Shown: positions 12,897 to 26,089, numbered from the stretch's first letter. The stretch: DNA of 64,000 nucleotides from Heterodontus francisci (GCF_036365525.1 NC_090387.1:90189691-90253690), one strand, 5' to 3'. The notes: generated from the letters alone by a model not told the origin. Program-made: numbers and translations.

Positions 12897-15800
12897 TTTT
12901 ACCCAGAGACAAATGAGAAATTAGAAGTGAGAAGTCAATTTGTTCCCAATCAAAAAGAGAAAGATTTCAATACAGTTTTTCTTGTGGTTGTGTGTGCTTG
13001 AATATTAACATGCTTGCCACTAAAGCTAGTAGCTCCCCAAGGCAGGGTGAAGTAACCTGGGATAAGTTAAAAGCACTGTCTTTGGAGGAGCTGAGAAAAA
13101 TCGCTGAGCAGTGTGGGATCTCGTGGCCAACCATTTTTCCCTTAAATCTGAAGAAGCAGGAGCAGAGTTAGGAGAAGACTCTGACAGGGTATTGTTAGCA
13201 AAGATACAATTGGAACAGAGGAAACTTTAATTTGAGGCAAGGGAAAAAAAGAGAGACAGCAGAGACCGACAGAGTGAGAGAGAAAGGCAGCAGACAGGTA
13301 AAGAAAGAGCCTTCCAGAAGGAACGTGATGATAAAGAGAGGGAGGAGAGAGACAGAAAAAGAACCTTCCATAATGAATGGGAAGTAAGTGTGCTAAGGCG
13401 GCTTGAGTTAACTAGGTGGTGACGGAGTAACCCCAATGAAAGCATGGCCAATATGGAGGAGTATAACTCAGGGCTGGGTACAGAATTGTTAAAACAATCT
13501 CAACTAATTCAAAAATTCAATGATAAAGATGTGGAAGCGTTTTTGCGCTTTTGAGAAACTAGTAAAGCAGCTAAAATGGCCAACTGAGACCTGGCCTCTT
13601 TTATCACAATGCAAGCTAACCGGAAAAGCCCATGAGGTCTGTTCCCTGTTGCCAGATGGGAGTTCATCGAATTATGAACTGACAAAAAATGCTATCCTCA
13701 GTACCCGAAGCTTATGGCCAGTAGTTTAGAACCCTGAAGAAGCAAGCTAATCAAACTTATCTGGAGTTTAAAATAAGTAAGCAGCTGGCTTTTGATCAGT
13801 GGCTGAGGGCACTTAAACTACAGCTCAGTGATGAGAACCTCAGGGAAGTAATTGTGTTAGAGGATTATAAAAACTCTCTCCCACTCTCCATCAATACAAA
13901 TGTAGAGGAGCAGCGAGTTCAGAGAGCTCGGCAAGTGGCCTTCTGGCTGATGAGTTTGCTTTAATCTATAAGTCGGTTTCCCAGGAGAAAAACTTTCCTA
14001 ATCACCTCGACAAATGCGAAAAGGACAAATGGTGGAAAGGTGCTAAGAGCCCAAGATGTCCTCAGAGAGAAAGAAAAGCAGGAGGCACAGGGGGCCCTCC
14101 TCTAGCCAAAAAGGGTGGTGCTGTGAGCAGGAATGAGACCTAGAGACCTGTGCACTTCCATTGTAATAAGGCAGGTCATCTAAAAGCTACCTGCTGGAAA
14201 TTAAACAGAAAACCTGTAGGATTAATCAGTTAGCATCCAATCAGTGAAGAAGTAATCCTGGAGGAGAGCACAACAGAACAAGCTGTAGCTTTAACTGCAG
14301 TAAGAGGGCAACCCAGGAAGCTTATTGCCAAAAGTGCAGGGAAAGTTACTAGGATTCCTAAAGGCTATCAGGATTTTGATTTTGATTAGCAAGTAACCCC
14401 ATACCCCTCGTGTGAGGCAAGCAAGCCCATATTAATTCTCAGGAACACAGAGGCCACTCAATCCCTTTTACTGGTAAAAGGCCTGACCTTTCCCCCAGAG
14501 AGTGCAGTGAACACCTGAATGATGGTGAATGGTATTGGAGGGCAGTGTATGCCTGTATCTGTGCGCCTGGGGTGTGACTTAGTTTCAGGACCAGTGATTG
14601 CAGGGATTGTCCCTAGTTTCCCTGTGGACGGTGTTAACCTGATCCTAGGTTAATGATCTGGCGGTGTGTAGGTGGTAGCCAACGCACCCCCCCCCCCCCC
14701 CACTCCCCCGCCTCAGTAGTAAATGAGAGACCACAGGATGCCAGAGAAACAGGGCAGTGGCAAGTGACAATCCGCTGCTGATTCCCTGAATGTGTAATGA
14801 ATCAGCCCATGATCAAACCAGCTCCCCAGAGGAGACTGAATTGGCACTGCAGGCAGAAGACCATGAGGTTTGTCTGTCTGTGGCTTTCTTTGGGAAGTGA
14901 GAAGACCCAAGGAATAAATTAAATGGATTTTTCCTCGCTGAGGCTCAACGAGCTGACGCAGTATTGCAAAACTTACCACAGGCTCACCAGTCTGCAAGCA
15001 GAGCAGAAGGTGTTCCTGATTGCTGGTATTTAAAGAATGGGGTAGTGATGAGGAAATTGAGTTCTCCTCACAGACCTGAAAGCAAGGGGTGGACAGTAGT
15101 TCACAAGTTAGTGGTGCCGCAGAGGTACCGGAGAGAAATATGAAGAAGAGCCCATGAAACGACAGTGGCTGTACATGCTGGTATTCGAAAGTCCAAAGCA
15201 TCCATAAGACAGCAGTTTAACTGGCCAAAACTGCACAAAGATGTGGTGGAAGTATGGGAGGATTCCTGGATGAAAAGCCCTACTGTCTGGTCAGACAACC
15301 CCAGAAACTTTGAAAAGTTAGACCCCATTTCCTCTTGTGGAAATGCAGACTCTGGAAGCACTCCACTAGAGATGCTAGCAACATTTATCAGAGCCTGCAG
15401 AGATAAAGAAAGAACCCTATGGGGCAGGGAATCCGTGAGGGTGATGCCTCACCGAGTCGAAGTGCCACAGGGGAGTGCAGTAGAGCCTGCACAAATGCCT
15501 GCAGGAGTTGCCGGTTGTGGCAGGTTGAGGGGAAACCCCAACCTACAGTGAAACCTGCACCGCTAAGTCCTGCACTGGTGTTAGGAGGACCCTCCAGCAG
15601 AGGGCTGGTGAATTGTAAAGGGAGCTCCACCGAGAACAAAAGGGGACAGTCAGGCACAAGGCTGGCAACAGTTTAGAAAGGGCAGGGGAAAAAAGCGACC
15701 ATGAAGGCAGGTTAAAGGAAGTATGGGAGGATTCTTGGATGAAAAGCCCTACTGTCTGGTCAGACAACCCCAAAAACTTTGAAAAGTTAGACCCCATTTC

Positions 15801-16082
15801 CTCTTGTGGAAATGCAGACTCTGGAAGCACTCCACTAGAGATGCTAGCAGCATTTATCAGAGCCTGCAGAGATAAAGAAAGAACCCTATGGGGCAGGGAA
15901 TCCGTGAGGGTGATGCTTCACCGAGTCGAAGTGCCACAGTGGAGTGCAGTAGAGCCTGCACAAATGCCTGCAGGCAGGAGTGTCTCAGGCAACAAAGGGG
16001 AGATTAGCAAAGATCCCACCTCCACAGTCAGGAAAAAAGAGAACCACCTATCCCCTGAGGTCAAAAGCCTTTGCAAGAGTGA

Positions 16083-16833
16083 ACTACACAGTAAATGGAA
16101 AGGTCCTGGGGAAAATTGATGTACAGAGAGATTTGGGTGTTCAGATCCATTGTAGCAACGCAGGTCAGTAGAGTGGTCAAGAAGGCATACGGCATGCTTT
16201 CCTTCATCGGACGGGGTATTGAGTACAAGAGTTGGCAGGTCATGTTACAGTTGTACAGGGCTTTGGTTCGGCCACATTTGGAATACTGCGTGCAGTTCTG
16301 GTTGCCACATTACCAAAAGGATGTGGATGCTTTGGAGAGGGTGCAGAGGAGGTTCACCAGGATGTTGCCTGGTATGGAGGGCGCTAGCTATGAAGAGAGG
16401 TTGAGTAGATTAGGATTATTTTCATTAGAAAGACGGAGGTTGAGGGGGCACCTGATTGAGGTGTACAAAATCATGAGAGGTATAGAGAGGGTGGATAGCA
16501 AGAAGCTTTTTTCCCAGAGTGGGGGATTCAATTACTAGGGGTCACGAGTTCAAAGTGAAAGGGGAAAAGTTTAGGGGGGATATGCGTGGAAAGTTCTTTA
16601 CACAGAGGGTGGTGGGTGCCTGGAACGCGTTGCCAGTGGATGTGGTAGACGCGGGCACGATAGCGTCTTTTAAGATGTATCTAGACAGATACATGAATGG
16701 GCAGGAAGTAAAGAGATACAGACCCTTAGAAAATAGGCGACATGTTTAGATAGAGGACCTGGATCGGCACAGGCTTGGAGGGCCGAAGGGCCTGTTCCTG
16801 TGCTGTAATTTTCTTTGTTCTTTGTTCTTTCTT
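16083..16833 (+). mobile_element. CR1 3' fragment nested in the Gmr1-like element
   Basis: ORFs 16095-16538 and 16519-16749 are CR1 RT C-terminus; (TTCTTTG)n tail. Confidence 0.9.
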
Positions 16834-17231
16834 TGACTCAGCAAAGCACTGAAAGAGGGTTAAGGGTAGACCAGCCCACTACTGACTCTCCTGAGGGAAA
16901 GAATCCAGATAACGGCTAATTAAAACTATCCCCCACTCCCCCACTTTGCTGACCGCATCAAGAACAAAGATCCTACGCAGTCATGAGAATGGGCAAATTG
17001 AAAAAAACCTCCCCAAAAACCACGCGTTTACTGGGACGCCAAAAAGGGAGCAATTAAAGCAGCACTGGCACCAAGAAAAGACAGGCTGTCCTATGTTTTA
17101 GGATTTATGAATGAATGTGAACGAATGAGAGAGACACACATTTTTTTCCTGTATCTTATATTTTCTCTCTTGACCCTTTTTAATTAAATGTGCTTTTCTC
17201 AAATCGCATTTCATTCCACTCGGTGTGGGGG

Positions 17232-18133
17232 GGACCTGAAAACCCACACCTGCAAAGAATGAGTCATATTAATTTTTCCTATGAACATTGACTTAAAACT
17301 GTTGGTGCAGCGAGGAAATGACTTGTTAAACAGATCAGCCGTGGCTGTAAAAAAACATTTACATACCAACAGACAGTGCTTGTGCAGTCAAAGGACCATT
17401 CCCTGACACATTCAACCCACAATGGATTTGATCAACAGACATGGAAGGCAACGAAGCTCACATTCCAGCATGACTGCTAAGATGGCCGAATCCACAAACA
17501 GATATGACCAAACCAGCTAGTCACATGCCCAACCTGCTGGGCAACCTGAGATTCTTTGAATTGTACAGAGAGTTTGAGTTAAAGATGTTTGCTCCTGGAC
17601 TGAGAAGACCTCTCCAGTCTGCTCCCATCTCTTTCTCACAAGCCTCTGGACTCAGTGAGGACACATGAACCTCAAGAGAGAAAAGCCTTCTCCACTGAAC
17701 AAGGTTTAAGAAGAATACTGGGCCCCAACGAAAAGCAAGACTTACCTGCAATCAAGGACCCTACAGCGAGCTCAAAGAACTGCAACCAAAACTATCTTCA
17801 GATATTGCCTCAAACTTTTCCACTTTATTTCTTCTGCTCTTTTCTGTCTCTACCTTCATGTGGGTATCATATATGCATGCTCACGTAGGCACGTCGTGTA
17901 TTTGTAGACATTAACTGAATCAGAGTTTAAGTTTAATACATTTCAACATTTCTTCTTTAAACTTCGGAAAACCTGTGTGACTGGTTCCGTTGCATTATAA
18001 TTGGAAAGCAGTGACAAGAATTCTCTAAGGGGGAGCTAAAGAAATGGTGTGTTAAACAATGAAACCCTGTTATGGTAAGACCATGTGAAGGTTGAGAGGG
18101 AGCCCTGGACCCATTTCTTACCTGGTCATAACA
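17232..18133 (+). repeat. 3' LTR of Gmr1-like element
   Basis: Direct repeat of 11755-12872, preceded by a G-rich polypurine tract at about 17222-17233. Confidence 0.8.
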
Positions 18134-18284
18134 TATCCCAGACACATTTGAGCCCCAACATAACGTGCATGGCTGGTTACTAGGCGGCAGGAAAGCCCCC
18201 TAATGTCAGGGGTCATAACTCCTCTGAGAAATTCCCAGACAGCAACTGAGCACTTACACTATGTGAGCCTGTATGTCATCAGTG

Positions 18285-19390
18285 GAACATAGGAAGATAG
18301 GAACAGGAGTAGGCTATTCAGACCCTCGAGCCTGTCCTGCCATTTAATGAGATCATGGCTGATCCGCGGCCTAACTCCATATACCAGCCTTTGGCCCATA
18401 TCCCTTAATATCTTTGCTTAACAAAAATCTATCTATCTCAGATTTAAAATTAACCACTGTTCTAGCTTCAACTGCTGTTTGTGGGAGAGAGATCCAAATC
18501 TCTACCACCCTTTGCGTGAAGAAGTGCTTCCTAACATCTCTCCTGAATGGTCTGCTCCTAATTTTTAGACTATGCCCCCTAGTTTTTGAATCTCCAACCA
18601 GTGGAAATAGTTTATCTTTATCTAGCCTGTCTTTCCCTGTTAATATCTTGAAGACTTCAATCAGATCACCCCTTAACCTTCTAAATTCTAGTGATAACGG
18701 GCCTAATATCTCCTCGTAACTTAACCCCTGTAGTCCATGTATCATTCTTGTAAACCTACGTTGCACTCCCTCCAAGGCCAATATATCCTTCCTAAGGTGT
18801 GGTTCCCAGAACTGCTCACAGTACTCCAAGTGGGGTCTAACCAGGGTTTTGTACAGTTGCAGCATAACCTCTGTGTCTTTATACTCCAATCCTCTAGATA
18901 TAAAGGCGAGCATTTCATTAGCCTTTTTGATTATTGTCTGCACTTTCTGGGGGCATTTTAAAGATCTATGTACCTGAACCCCCAAGTCTCTTTGGACATC
19001 CACTGTACTTAACCTCTTCCCATTTAGAAAGTACCCTGCTCTATCCTTGTTTGGTCCAAAATGGATAACCTCACACTTGCCCGCATTGAAATCCATCTGC
19101 CACAGTTTTGCCCACTCACCTAGTCTGTCAATATCTCTTTGCAATCTTATGCTATCAGCTAGACTGTCTACAATGCCGCCTAACTTAGTATCATCATCAA
19201 ATTTGGATATATGACTTACTATGCCATCATCCAAGTCGTTAATGAATAATGTGAATAATTGAGGCCCCAACACAGATCAGTGCGGGGCACCACTAGTTAC
19301 AGCCTAGCAGTCGGAGTACTTACCCATTATCCCCACTCTCTGTCGCCTACCACTCAACCAACTTTCTAACCATGTCAATAATTTTCCCTC
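18285..19390 (-). mobile_element. CR1 LINE 3' portion (ORF 18371-19273)
   Basis: 300 aa frame LGPQLFTLFINDL..SKFDDDTKLGG..LVRPHLEYC. Confidence 0.9.
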
Positions 19391-21369
19391 AATATCAGTA
19401 ATATCAGTAAGCAGGTCATTGGGGCCCTTAAGCAGATTTTTAGTCAAGAGGCCCTGCAGTACTAAGCCAAGGAGGTGCACAGGTTTGTGATGATTTGCTG
19501 CATGCACCACAAGCTGGTGATCTTGAAAGTCCAGCCGCTGCCACTAGAAAGTGTGCCTGAAGGTCAAGCTCAGAAGACACAAGTGGAGGAGGAGGAGGAA
19601 GAAGATGGGGGTGAGGTTGGAGGAGCACCAAAGAATTCTAGGTAGATGGCCCATGCATAGGAGGGATGCTCGATGCCATGCAATTGAATACTACTTTTGA
19701 GAGACATTCTCCACCATTGGACTCCGGAGCATTGTTGCCACATTCTTTACCTTCCATTACTGAGGATCCATCTGGAAGTCTACCATCTACACTCAAACCT
19801 TTCAACTCCTTCCCCATGAAGAAAGCAATAAAAATACAAGTTCAAGCACTACACAATTATCATAACCATTATTTACCTATACCAAAACCAATCAATGAGG
19901 GCATGGCACAATCAGTAGTACTTATAAAATTTAAACCATTCACCCTGATGCTTACCCGTCGTGACTATCCTATAAGTGCTGTTGACTACTCTGGTGTTTC
20001 TCCGAAGTGCAAACTGAGTGGCAGCAGCAGATAAGGTGAATGGATGCTGGAAATCCAAAGAGTGCTGTTTATACGTCCTCCTGCACCGCCCTGGAGATGG
20101 AATGAGCCGTGATGGTCCTGCTTCCGATTGCACCATCTCAGCATGGGCTGGAGAAGTCAGGACTGCCAGGCTAAAAGGCAACTGCAAGAACAATGGTGAA
20201 GTGATGGGGAGGGAGCAGCAACCCTGGCCTCCAGAGAGAGGCCTATAGGTTCCTGCTCCCTGATTCCCACAAACTGCGTCGAGGTATCTGTTCAGCTAGC
20301 CTAGTGATGTAAAGGATAGATCTCTGGAGAGCTGAACCACCCTGAAATCCTCTGTCAACCGATGAGCCCAGAACCACTATGCCGCTGCCTGAGCTTTCCA
20401 TTGCAGCACTTTACAGTTCCATTGAGCATTCTAGTAGTGCAACAGACGCTGTCTGGGCTTCCGTTGCATAATTTTGTAAAAAGGAAGCTGCTATGACTGC
20501 ATTGGAATCTGTGACCTCATTCTTCAGATGTTGGGTTACATAAATCGCTGGATGGAATTGGACAACCTCTCCATACTGGAGAGCATGTGTTCTAGGCACA
20601 GGCCACGGGACGTTTTGGAAGCAGGCTCCTCCATCCCCTAGCTATAATCCATAAGTTCCCAGGCAGACTATCCATTGCACAAAACATTTGGTATGTTAAA
20701 TCCATCAGGTGTCTTCTGAAGCATGGCCCTGCGAGGACCTGTGCATCAGAACTAGAATGTGATCTTGCTGCCTGGCAACGTAGCACCTGTGGTGTCTCTT
20801 CCTGTTCTTCTGAATGCAAAGTGGATCTTGTTTCTGGGAACTTGCAATGATAAATGCTAAGATGTAATGTGTGTGATCACTGTAGGAGGAAGTGTGGCAT
20901 GAGCTCATATGGAGCTTGTGAGAGAGAATAGATTTTGGGAATTAGAAATAGTTATGTATATGTAAGGAAGCTGGGTTAGCCATATATCTCGAGGTGATAT
21001 GTCACTTGCTCTGCCTGTGGCCACAGCATCTGCCTCTCCCATCGTGGTTAGCACCAGTTCTGTCTCTTACAGAATGTCTTTCCTGTCCCATGGTCAGGCC
21101 TTGATTCCGCCTCTTATTTGCTATCTTGTCCTGGTAGAGAACGAGTTGTGATTGTAAATTAATGCATTGATATGTGTGTATGATGCCTCACATGGATTAT
21201 GACATATGAGATGTGTCTGAAATGTGAGCAGTGCCTGTGAAGGATGCAATATTGTGGGCTGCACAAACGTCATTGCAGTTAGATGGTGGACAAAATACGT
21301 TGATGTTGTGATGCTGGTGGTATTGCAGTGTCAAATCATTATTTTGTCAAATAATTTCATCAAATCATT

Positions 21370-22430
21370 ATTTTCCATCCCACCAGCCTCCATATCCAAA
21401 GGATCATCCTCTGCTATTTCTGCCACATCAGGCATGATGCCATTACCAAACACGTCTTCCCCTCTCCTCTCCTGGCAGCATTCCGAAGGCATCATTACCT
21501 TTGCGACACACTGGTCCACTCCTCTAATACCCGCAACACCTCGTCCCCTTCCCACAGTACCTTCCCGTGCAATCGCAGGAGGAGTGATACCTGCCCTTTT
21601 ACCTCCTTTCTCCTCACTATCCAAGGCACCAAACACTCCTTTCAGGTGAAGCAGCGACTTACTTGTACTTCTTTCAATTTAGTATACTGTATTCGCAGCT
21701 CACAATATGGTCTCCTCTAGATTGGGGAGACCAAACACAGACTGGGTGACTGCTTTTTAGAACACCTTCGCTCAGTCCGAAAGCATGGCCCCGAGCTTCC
21801 TGTTGCTTGCCATTTCAACACACTCCCCTGCTTTCATGCCCACATATCTGTCCTGGGCTTGCTGCAGTGTTCCTGTGAGCATCAAAGCAAGCTTGTGCAG
21901 CAGCATCTCATTTACTGATTAAGCACGCTGCAGCCTGCCAGACTGAACAATTAGTTAAATAATTTCAGAGCATGACGGGGGCATCTTTATTTTTAGTTAT
22001 TTTTGTTTCTTTTTTATTGTTTATCTGTTTATTTGATTTTAGTTGTTTTATCATTCATTTTTTTTACCATAGGCCTGCCCAATTTTTTTCATGTTTGTGC
22101 TTTGGGCCAGGGCTGTTCATTTTTCTGTCAATTAGCACCCTCTCTGCACGAAAGCTTTGTCTTTCAGCTCACCATTTACATACCGTTTTCCTTTGCTCCA
22201 TGACCTTCTGGTCAGTTACTCTCTGTGACCCTCTGTCATATCAACACCTTCCCTTTTGTCATCTCTTGCCCACCCCCACTTTATTTTCTTAAAACCTATT
22301 GCATTTATAACATTTGCCGGTTCTGATGAAGGGTCACTGACCTGAAACGTTAACTTTTCTTTTCTCTCTCCATAGATGCTGCCAGGCTTGCTGACTATTT
22401 CCAGTATCTGCAGCATTTTGCTTTTATTTT
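21370..22430 (+). mobile_element. Penelope-like element 3' part (GIY-YIG endonuclease remnant and terminal repeat)
   Basis: About 21680-21780 translates YCIRSSQYGLL*IGETKHRLGDCFLEHLRSV (GIY-YIG). Followed by a T-rich UTR, a hammerhead motif and the terminal repeat. Confidence 0.8.
22319..22355 (+). ncRNA. Minimal type I hammerhead ribozyme motif (Penelope-associated)
   Basis: ggtt-CTGATGA-agggtc act gacct-GAAAC-GTT-aact: conserved core, stem II hairpin, palindromic AACGTT at stem III, stem I ggtt/aact. Confidence 0.65.
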
Positions 22431-22439
22431 CGTGTTTAA

Positions 22440-24080
22440 TTCGCAGCCACTTCTCTTCCAGGGATGCCTACCTTGAAGAAGTTCTGCATTCCTCTCTGGT
22501 GGGATTTTCATTTGTCTATTTTACCTTGTTCACCTTCATTGCTTTCTATTTCCCTCCAGGTGTTTGATAAAGTGTCTGCCAAAACTCGTTTTCACAGTGA
22601 CATCTCCTTCCTCAGTGACTCTCTCTGGCTCCAAATTATTCCACGTGGATTCCAACTGAAGTTTAATCCTTCATGTTTTGAATCCATCCAGGATTACAGG
22701 AATCACAGAGAAATACAACATTTCTTGGACAGATGTTCTCGCCACATCCTGAAATCCACACCCAGTGCCATGCGACGCCATATGTACACACTGGACCTCT
22801 CTCTCCAGAAGCATTGCCTCACCTTATCTCAAAGTTGCCCTATTCCACAGTTTCATTGCATTCTTCATCTAATCCAACGCATTAATAAAAAAAAAACTTC
22901 TGTTCTTCCTTTCAGGAGTTAAAGAACACAAGCTCCAGCAGCTGATGGGGTCTAATGCCCCTCAAGATCCTTCTTCCCCTTCACTTCCCTCTGACCCCAC
23001 ACTCTCTGATCTGACCCCTTGCCGTGCATTCACTATACTCTCTGATCTTCCCCTCTCTGACGTTGATCGTTCTGTACTCAGCAAAGGATTCAGTTTTATC
23101 CCCTTACGACCCTCTCTCAATGAATTTCACGCTCGGCATGATGTTGAGCTCTTCTTCCATTGCCTTCAGCTCTGGGTTGACTTCTTTGACCAGTGGTCCT
23201 TCCCCCAACCAGGAGAACCATTCAGCCACCTCCAGCATTCTCCATCCACCTGGACCCCTCCCTCTGGTCTCTTACCTGCTCTTCATCTTTTCATTGAAAA
23301 CTATCGGTGAAACAACGGCCGTCTCAATTTCTCTGCCCCCTTACTCATTCTAACCTGTCACTCTCTGAACTTGCTGCATTCCGTTCTCTCCGTTCTAACC
23401 CTGACATTGTCATCAAACCTGCAGACAAGTGTGGTGCTGTTGTTGTCTGGCATACTAACCTCTACCTTGCAGAGGCTCAGCGCCAAATCTCCAGCACTTC
23501 TTCCTACTTCCAGCTGGACCATGACCCCACCACTGAACTTCAAGCTACTGTCCATAGGACTGTCACTGACCTCATCTGTTCTGGAGGTCTTCCCTCTACA
23601 GCTTCCAATCTCATAGTCCCAGAACCCCAGACAGCACGCTTCTACCTCCTTCCTAAAATCCACCAGCAGGACTGTCATGACAGATCCATTGTTTCAGCCT
23701 GTTCCTGCCCCACTGAACTTATTTCTTCCTATATTGACGCTATATTTTTTGCCCCCGGTTCAGTCTCTTCCCAGCTACATTCCTATATTTTCGAATGTCC
23801 TGCATCATTTTGACAATTTCAAGTTTCCTGACCCCAACAGCCTCCACTTCATTATGGGCGTCCAATCTCTCTACACCTCCATCCCCCGCCAAGATGGTTT
23901 GAGGGCTCTCCACTTCCTTTCTGAACAGAGGCCCAACCAGTCCCCATCACCACCACCCTCCTCCTCTGCTGAACTTGTTCTCACATTGAGCAAATTCTCC
24001 TTCAACTCCACGCACTTCCTTCAAGTTGCTATGTGTACTTGCATGGGTCCTAGTTATGCCTGCCTTTTTGTGGGCTTATA
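22440..24080 (+). mobile_element. Penelope-like element 5'/RT part
   Basis: ORFs 22945-23310 (SVLSKGFSFIP), 23307-23813 (LRSNPDIVIKPADKCGAVVV..FYLLPKIH) and 23677-24081 (MGVQSLYTSIP..MGPSYACLFVG) are Penelope RT motifs. Confidence 0.88.
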
Positions 24081-24369
24081 ATGGACAATCTACTCTCACA
24101 TCTGCTGCATTGGTTTTCTCTGTCGCCCTCTTCCCCCTTTGGATCGTCCCTCCTCCTCTGGACCTCCTTCTCCAGGACTCCAGGGGTGCATCTGCGAACC
24201 TGTGAGCCATCCTAATACATGGCATTGTATGTGAGCCATGGCACTTGACACCTTCAGTGCAAGTGGATGCCTGGAGATTAAATAGATCTCTTTTGAGACC
24301 AATGCTAACTTAAAAGGAGGGAATAAATGCAGTAATAGACAGTAACATAGAACGTTAAAGGAAGCTTAA

Positions 24370-24640
24370 CTAAATCAAACTAAAATGTCATGCCTAGGGG
24401 TGATGATGCACTTCAATCCCTTCGATGCCCACCAGTCACAGAAGGACTCCAGTGTACCAGTGGACACCGCATGCTCCCTCTCCAGGGAAACCCAGACATG
24501 ACATAACCATGAAAGAGAGGCGGACAGTCCGGCCAGATAACATCCTTGACTGCCCGCTATCTAGACCTGTTAATGGCCACCTTGGCCAGGCCCAGGAGCA
24601 ATTTCATGAGGAGGTCCCTCGATCTGCCCGCTCGTCACTA
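24370..24640 (-). mobile_element. Tx1/L1-like LINE 3' fragment
   Basis: Reverse complement of the 3' region of the element at 26090-26830 (ggcctggccaaggtggccattaacaggtc). Confidence 0.5.
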
Positions 24641-25189
24641 CTTATACCACTTCACCAAATTTACTCGTAATGCGTAATTAAACGTGCAGATTTAGCACCA
24701 CAAGACATATTGAAATCATGGAAATCAGCAATTAACCGCAGAAATTTGGGCTAAGGCCAGACTTTTACACAGATGTTTCTTATTACCACAGCACCCACTG
24801 AACATCTCTTTTCATCCTTTCTCCAAAATAACCCCTTAACTTTCTAAAACGAAAAGCAGAGGCATCCTGGAGCTGCTGCATATAATTTGAAAACGGTAGA
24901 TACTTGTTTTCAAATATTTACATTCTCGTGCTATACTGAGGAGTTGCTATATATATGAATAAATTATCAACTATAATTATGAAAGATAATTATAAAGTTA
25001 TTACACTGTAACCTTGGTCAAATTATCTGAGGTTGGAATTTCAGCAAAGTTCCAATTCACTGTCTCTTTTCCTATTGGCCTAGTTGATGACGCTGGTAAG
25101 CCTATTTAAGAGCATAAGAAATAAGAGCACCAGTAGACCGACAGACTGTTCAGCCTGCTCCACCATTCAATACAATCATGGCGAATCTT

Positions 25190-25325
25190 AAAAGACAGCA
25201 CTTCTGATGTGCACCACTCCCTCAGTACTCCACTGGGGTGTCCACCTGGATTTCTGTGCTCAAGGTCTGAAGTGAGACTCGTGACTCAGAGGTGAGGGTG
25301 ATATCAACTGAGTGATGACTGACAT
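25190..25325 (-). mobile_element. DeuSINE (SacSINE-like) fragment
   Basis: gacagcac..ctccctcagtact..ctgtgctcaag core shared with 57400-57850. Confidence 0.55.
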
Positions 25326-25332
25326 TAAATGA

Positions 25333-25419
25333 AGGCTTGCCACGATTTGAACCCAGGACCTCCTGCAAATGCTAACAGACAACCCCAAAGCAGAAATCAC
25401 ACTTCTAGACCAATGGGCC
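25333..25419 (-). tRNA. Degenerate tRNA-Pro(TGG) with 16-nt intron after position 37 (probably a pseudogene)
   Basis: Minus strand reads GGCCCATTGGTCTAGAAGTGTGATTTCTGCTT-TGG-G[gttgtctgttagcatt]TGCAGGAGGTCCTGGGTTCAAATCGTGGCAAGCCT, colinear with vertebrate tRNA-Pro. Anticodon stem TCTGC/GCAGG pairs; acceptor and T stems are mismatched. Confidence 0.65.
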
Positions 25420-26089
25420 ACCCACTTTTAATTCTGGGATTCTCGATGGCCTTGGCCGAATTAACATATCTGGTGCCCATCATCATCATTAGGTCTGTAG
25501 ATTAATAAAGGTAAACTCTAACTTATGGCATAGATTTAATATAGAGCTTTGAAATGAAGTGAAAGCATCCTGGTGAGATACAGAGACAGAATAGCAAGAC
25601 TTTTATTTAAACATGAAGGTAACGTTGTCTGATGCCAGAAAAAAATTGGAGGCCACCAGTTATTGTGTAGAGCCGTGAATTCCACAGGTAAAATTGTTTT
25701 GTTACCGCTTGGCAATGGCGTATTACGGGGGTATCAGATTTGTCATCTGTTGTACACTCAATCCAATGTTCTTTCTAACAATGGAAGGAATAAGACGTAG
25801 GATCGTTTTTCTAACACTGGAGAGAGAATCGGGTGTGGTGTGTTCTGGAATATTGTCCGTTACCAGTTGATCATTCGTCGATCAGTCCCTGCCTGTGTAC
25901 TCCAAGTTAAAATGTCCTTGTGATGTGTTGGCATTTGATCTACTGGCTAAACTTGCAAGTTTTGTTTGGGAACAAGCTACAAAAATAAAATACAGATAAC
26001 AGATTGAGCACAATAGAAAACTGTGCATGTGGAAAGTGAGTATTGAATAATTAAACCCCCTGCATATTAGGTATAATTGTAGGGCTGCT

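Larger units (their letters stand above)
11755..18133 (+). mobile_element. Internally deleted Gmr1-like Ty3/Gypsy LTR retrotransposon
   Basis: Direct repeats about 11755-12872 and about 17232-18133, both ending CATAACA; 5' LTR starts TGTCATG; flanks CATC/TATC (4-bp TSD, 1 mismatch). Gag 13520-13729 (FEKL..LKWP..LTGKAHE), CCHC knuckle near 14150, protease-like ILRNTEATQSLL near 14430, then integrase zinc finger (HAGIRKS..FNWPKLHKDV) at 15165 directly after protease, which is the Gmr1 order. Confidence 0.85.

Noticed and set aside
19400-21330. Several 60-140 aa ORFs
   Set aside because: No coherent protein; they look like degraded Harbinger Myb-gene sequence, but too weakly to call.
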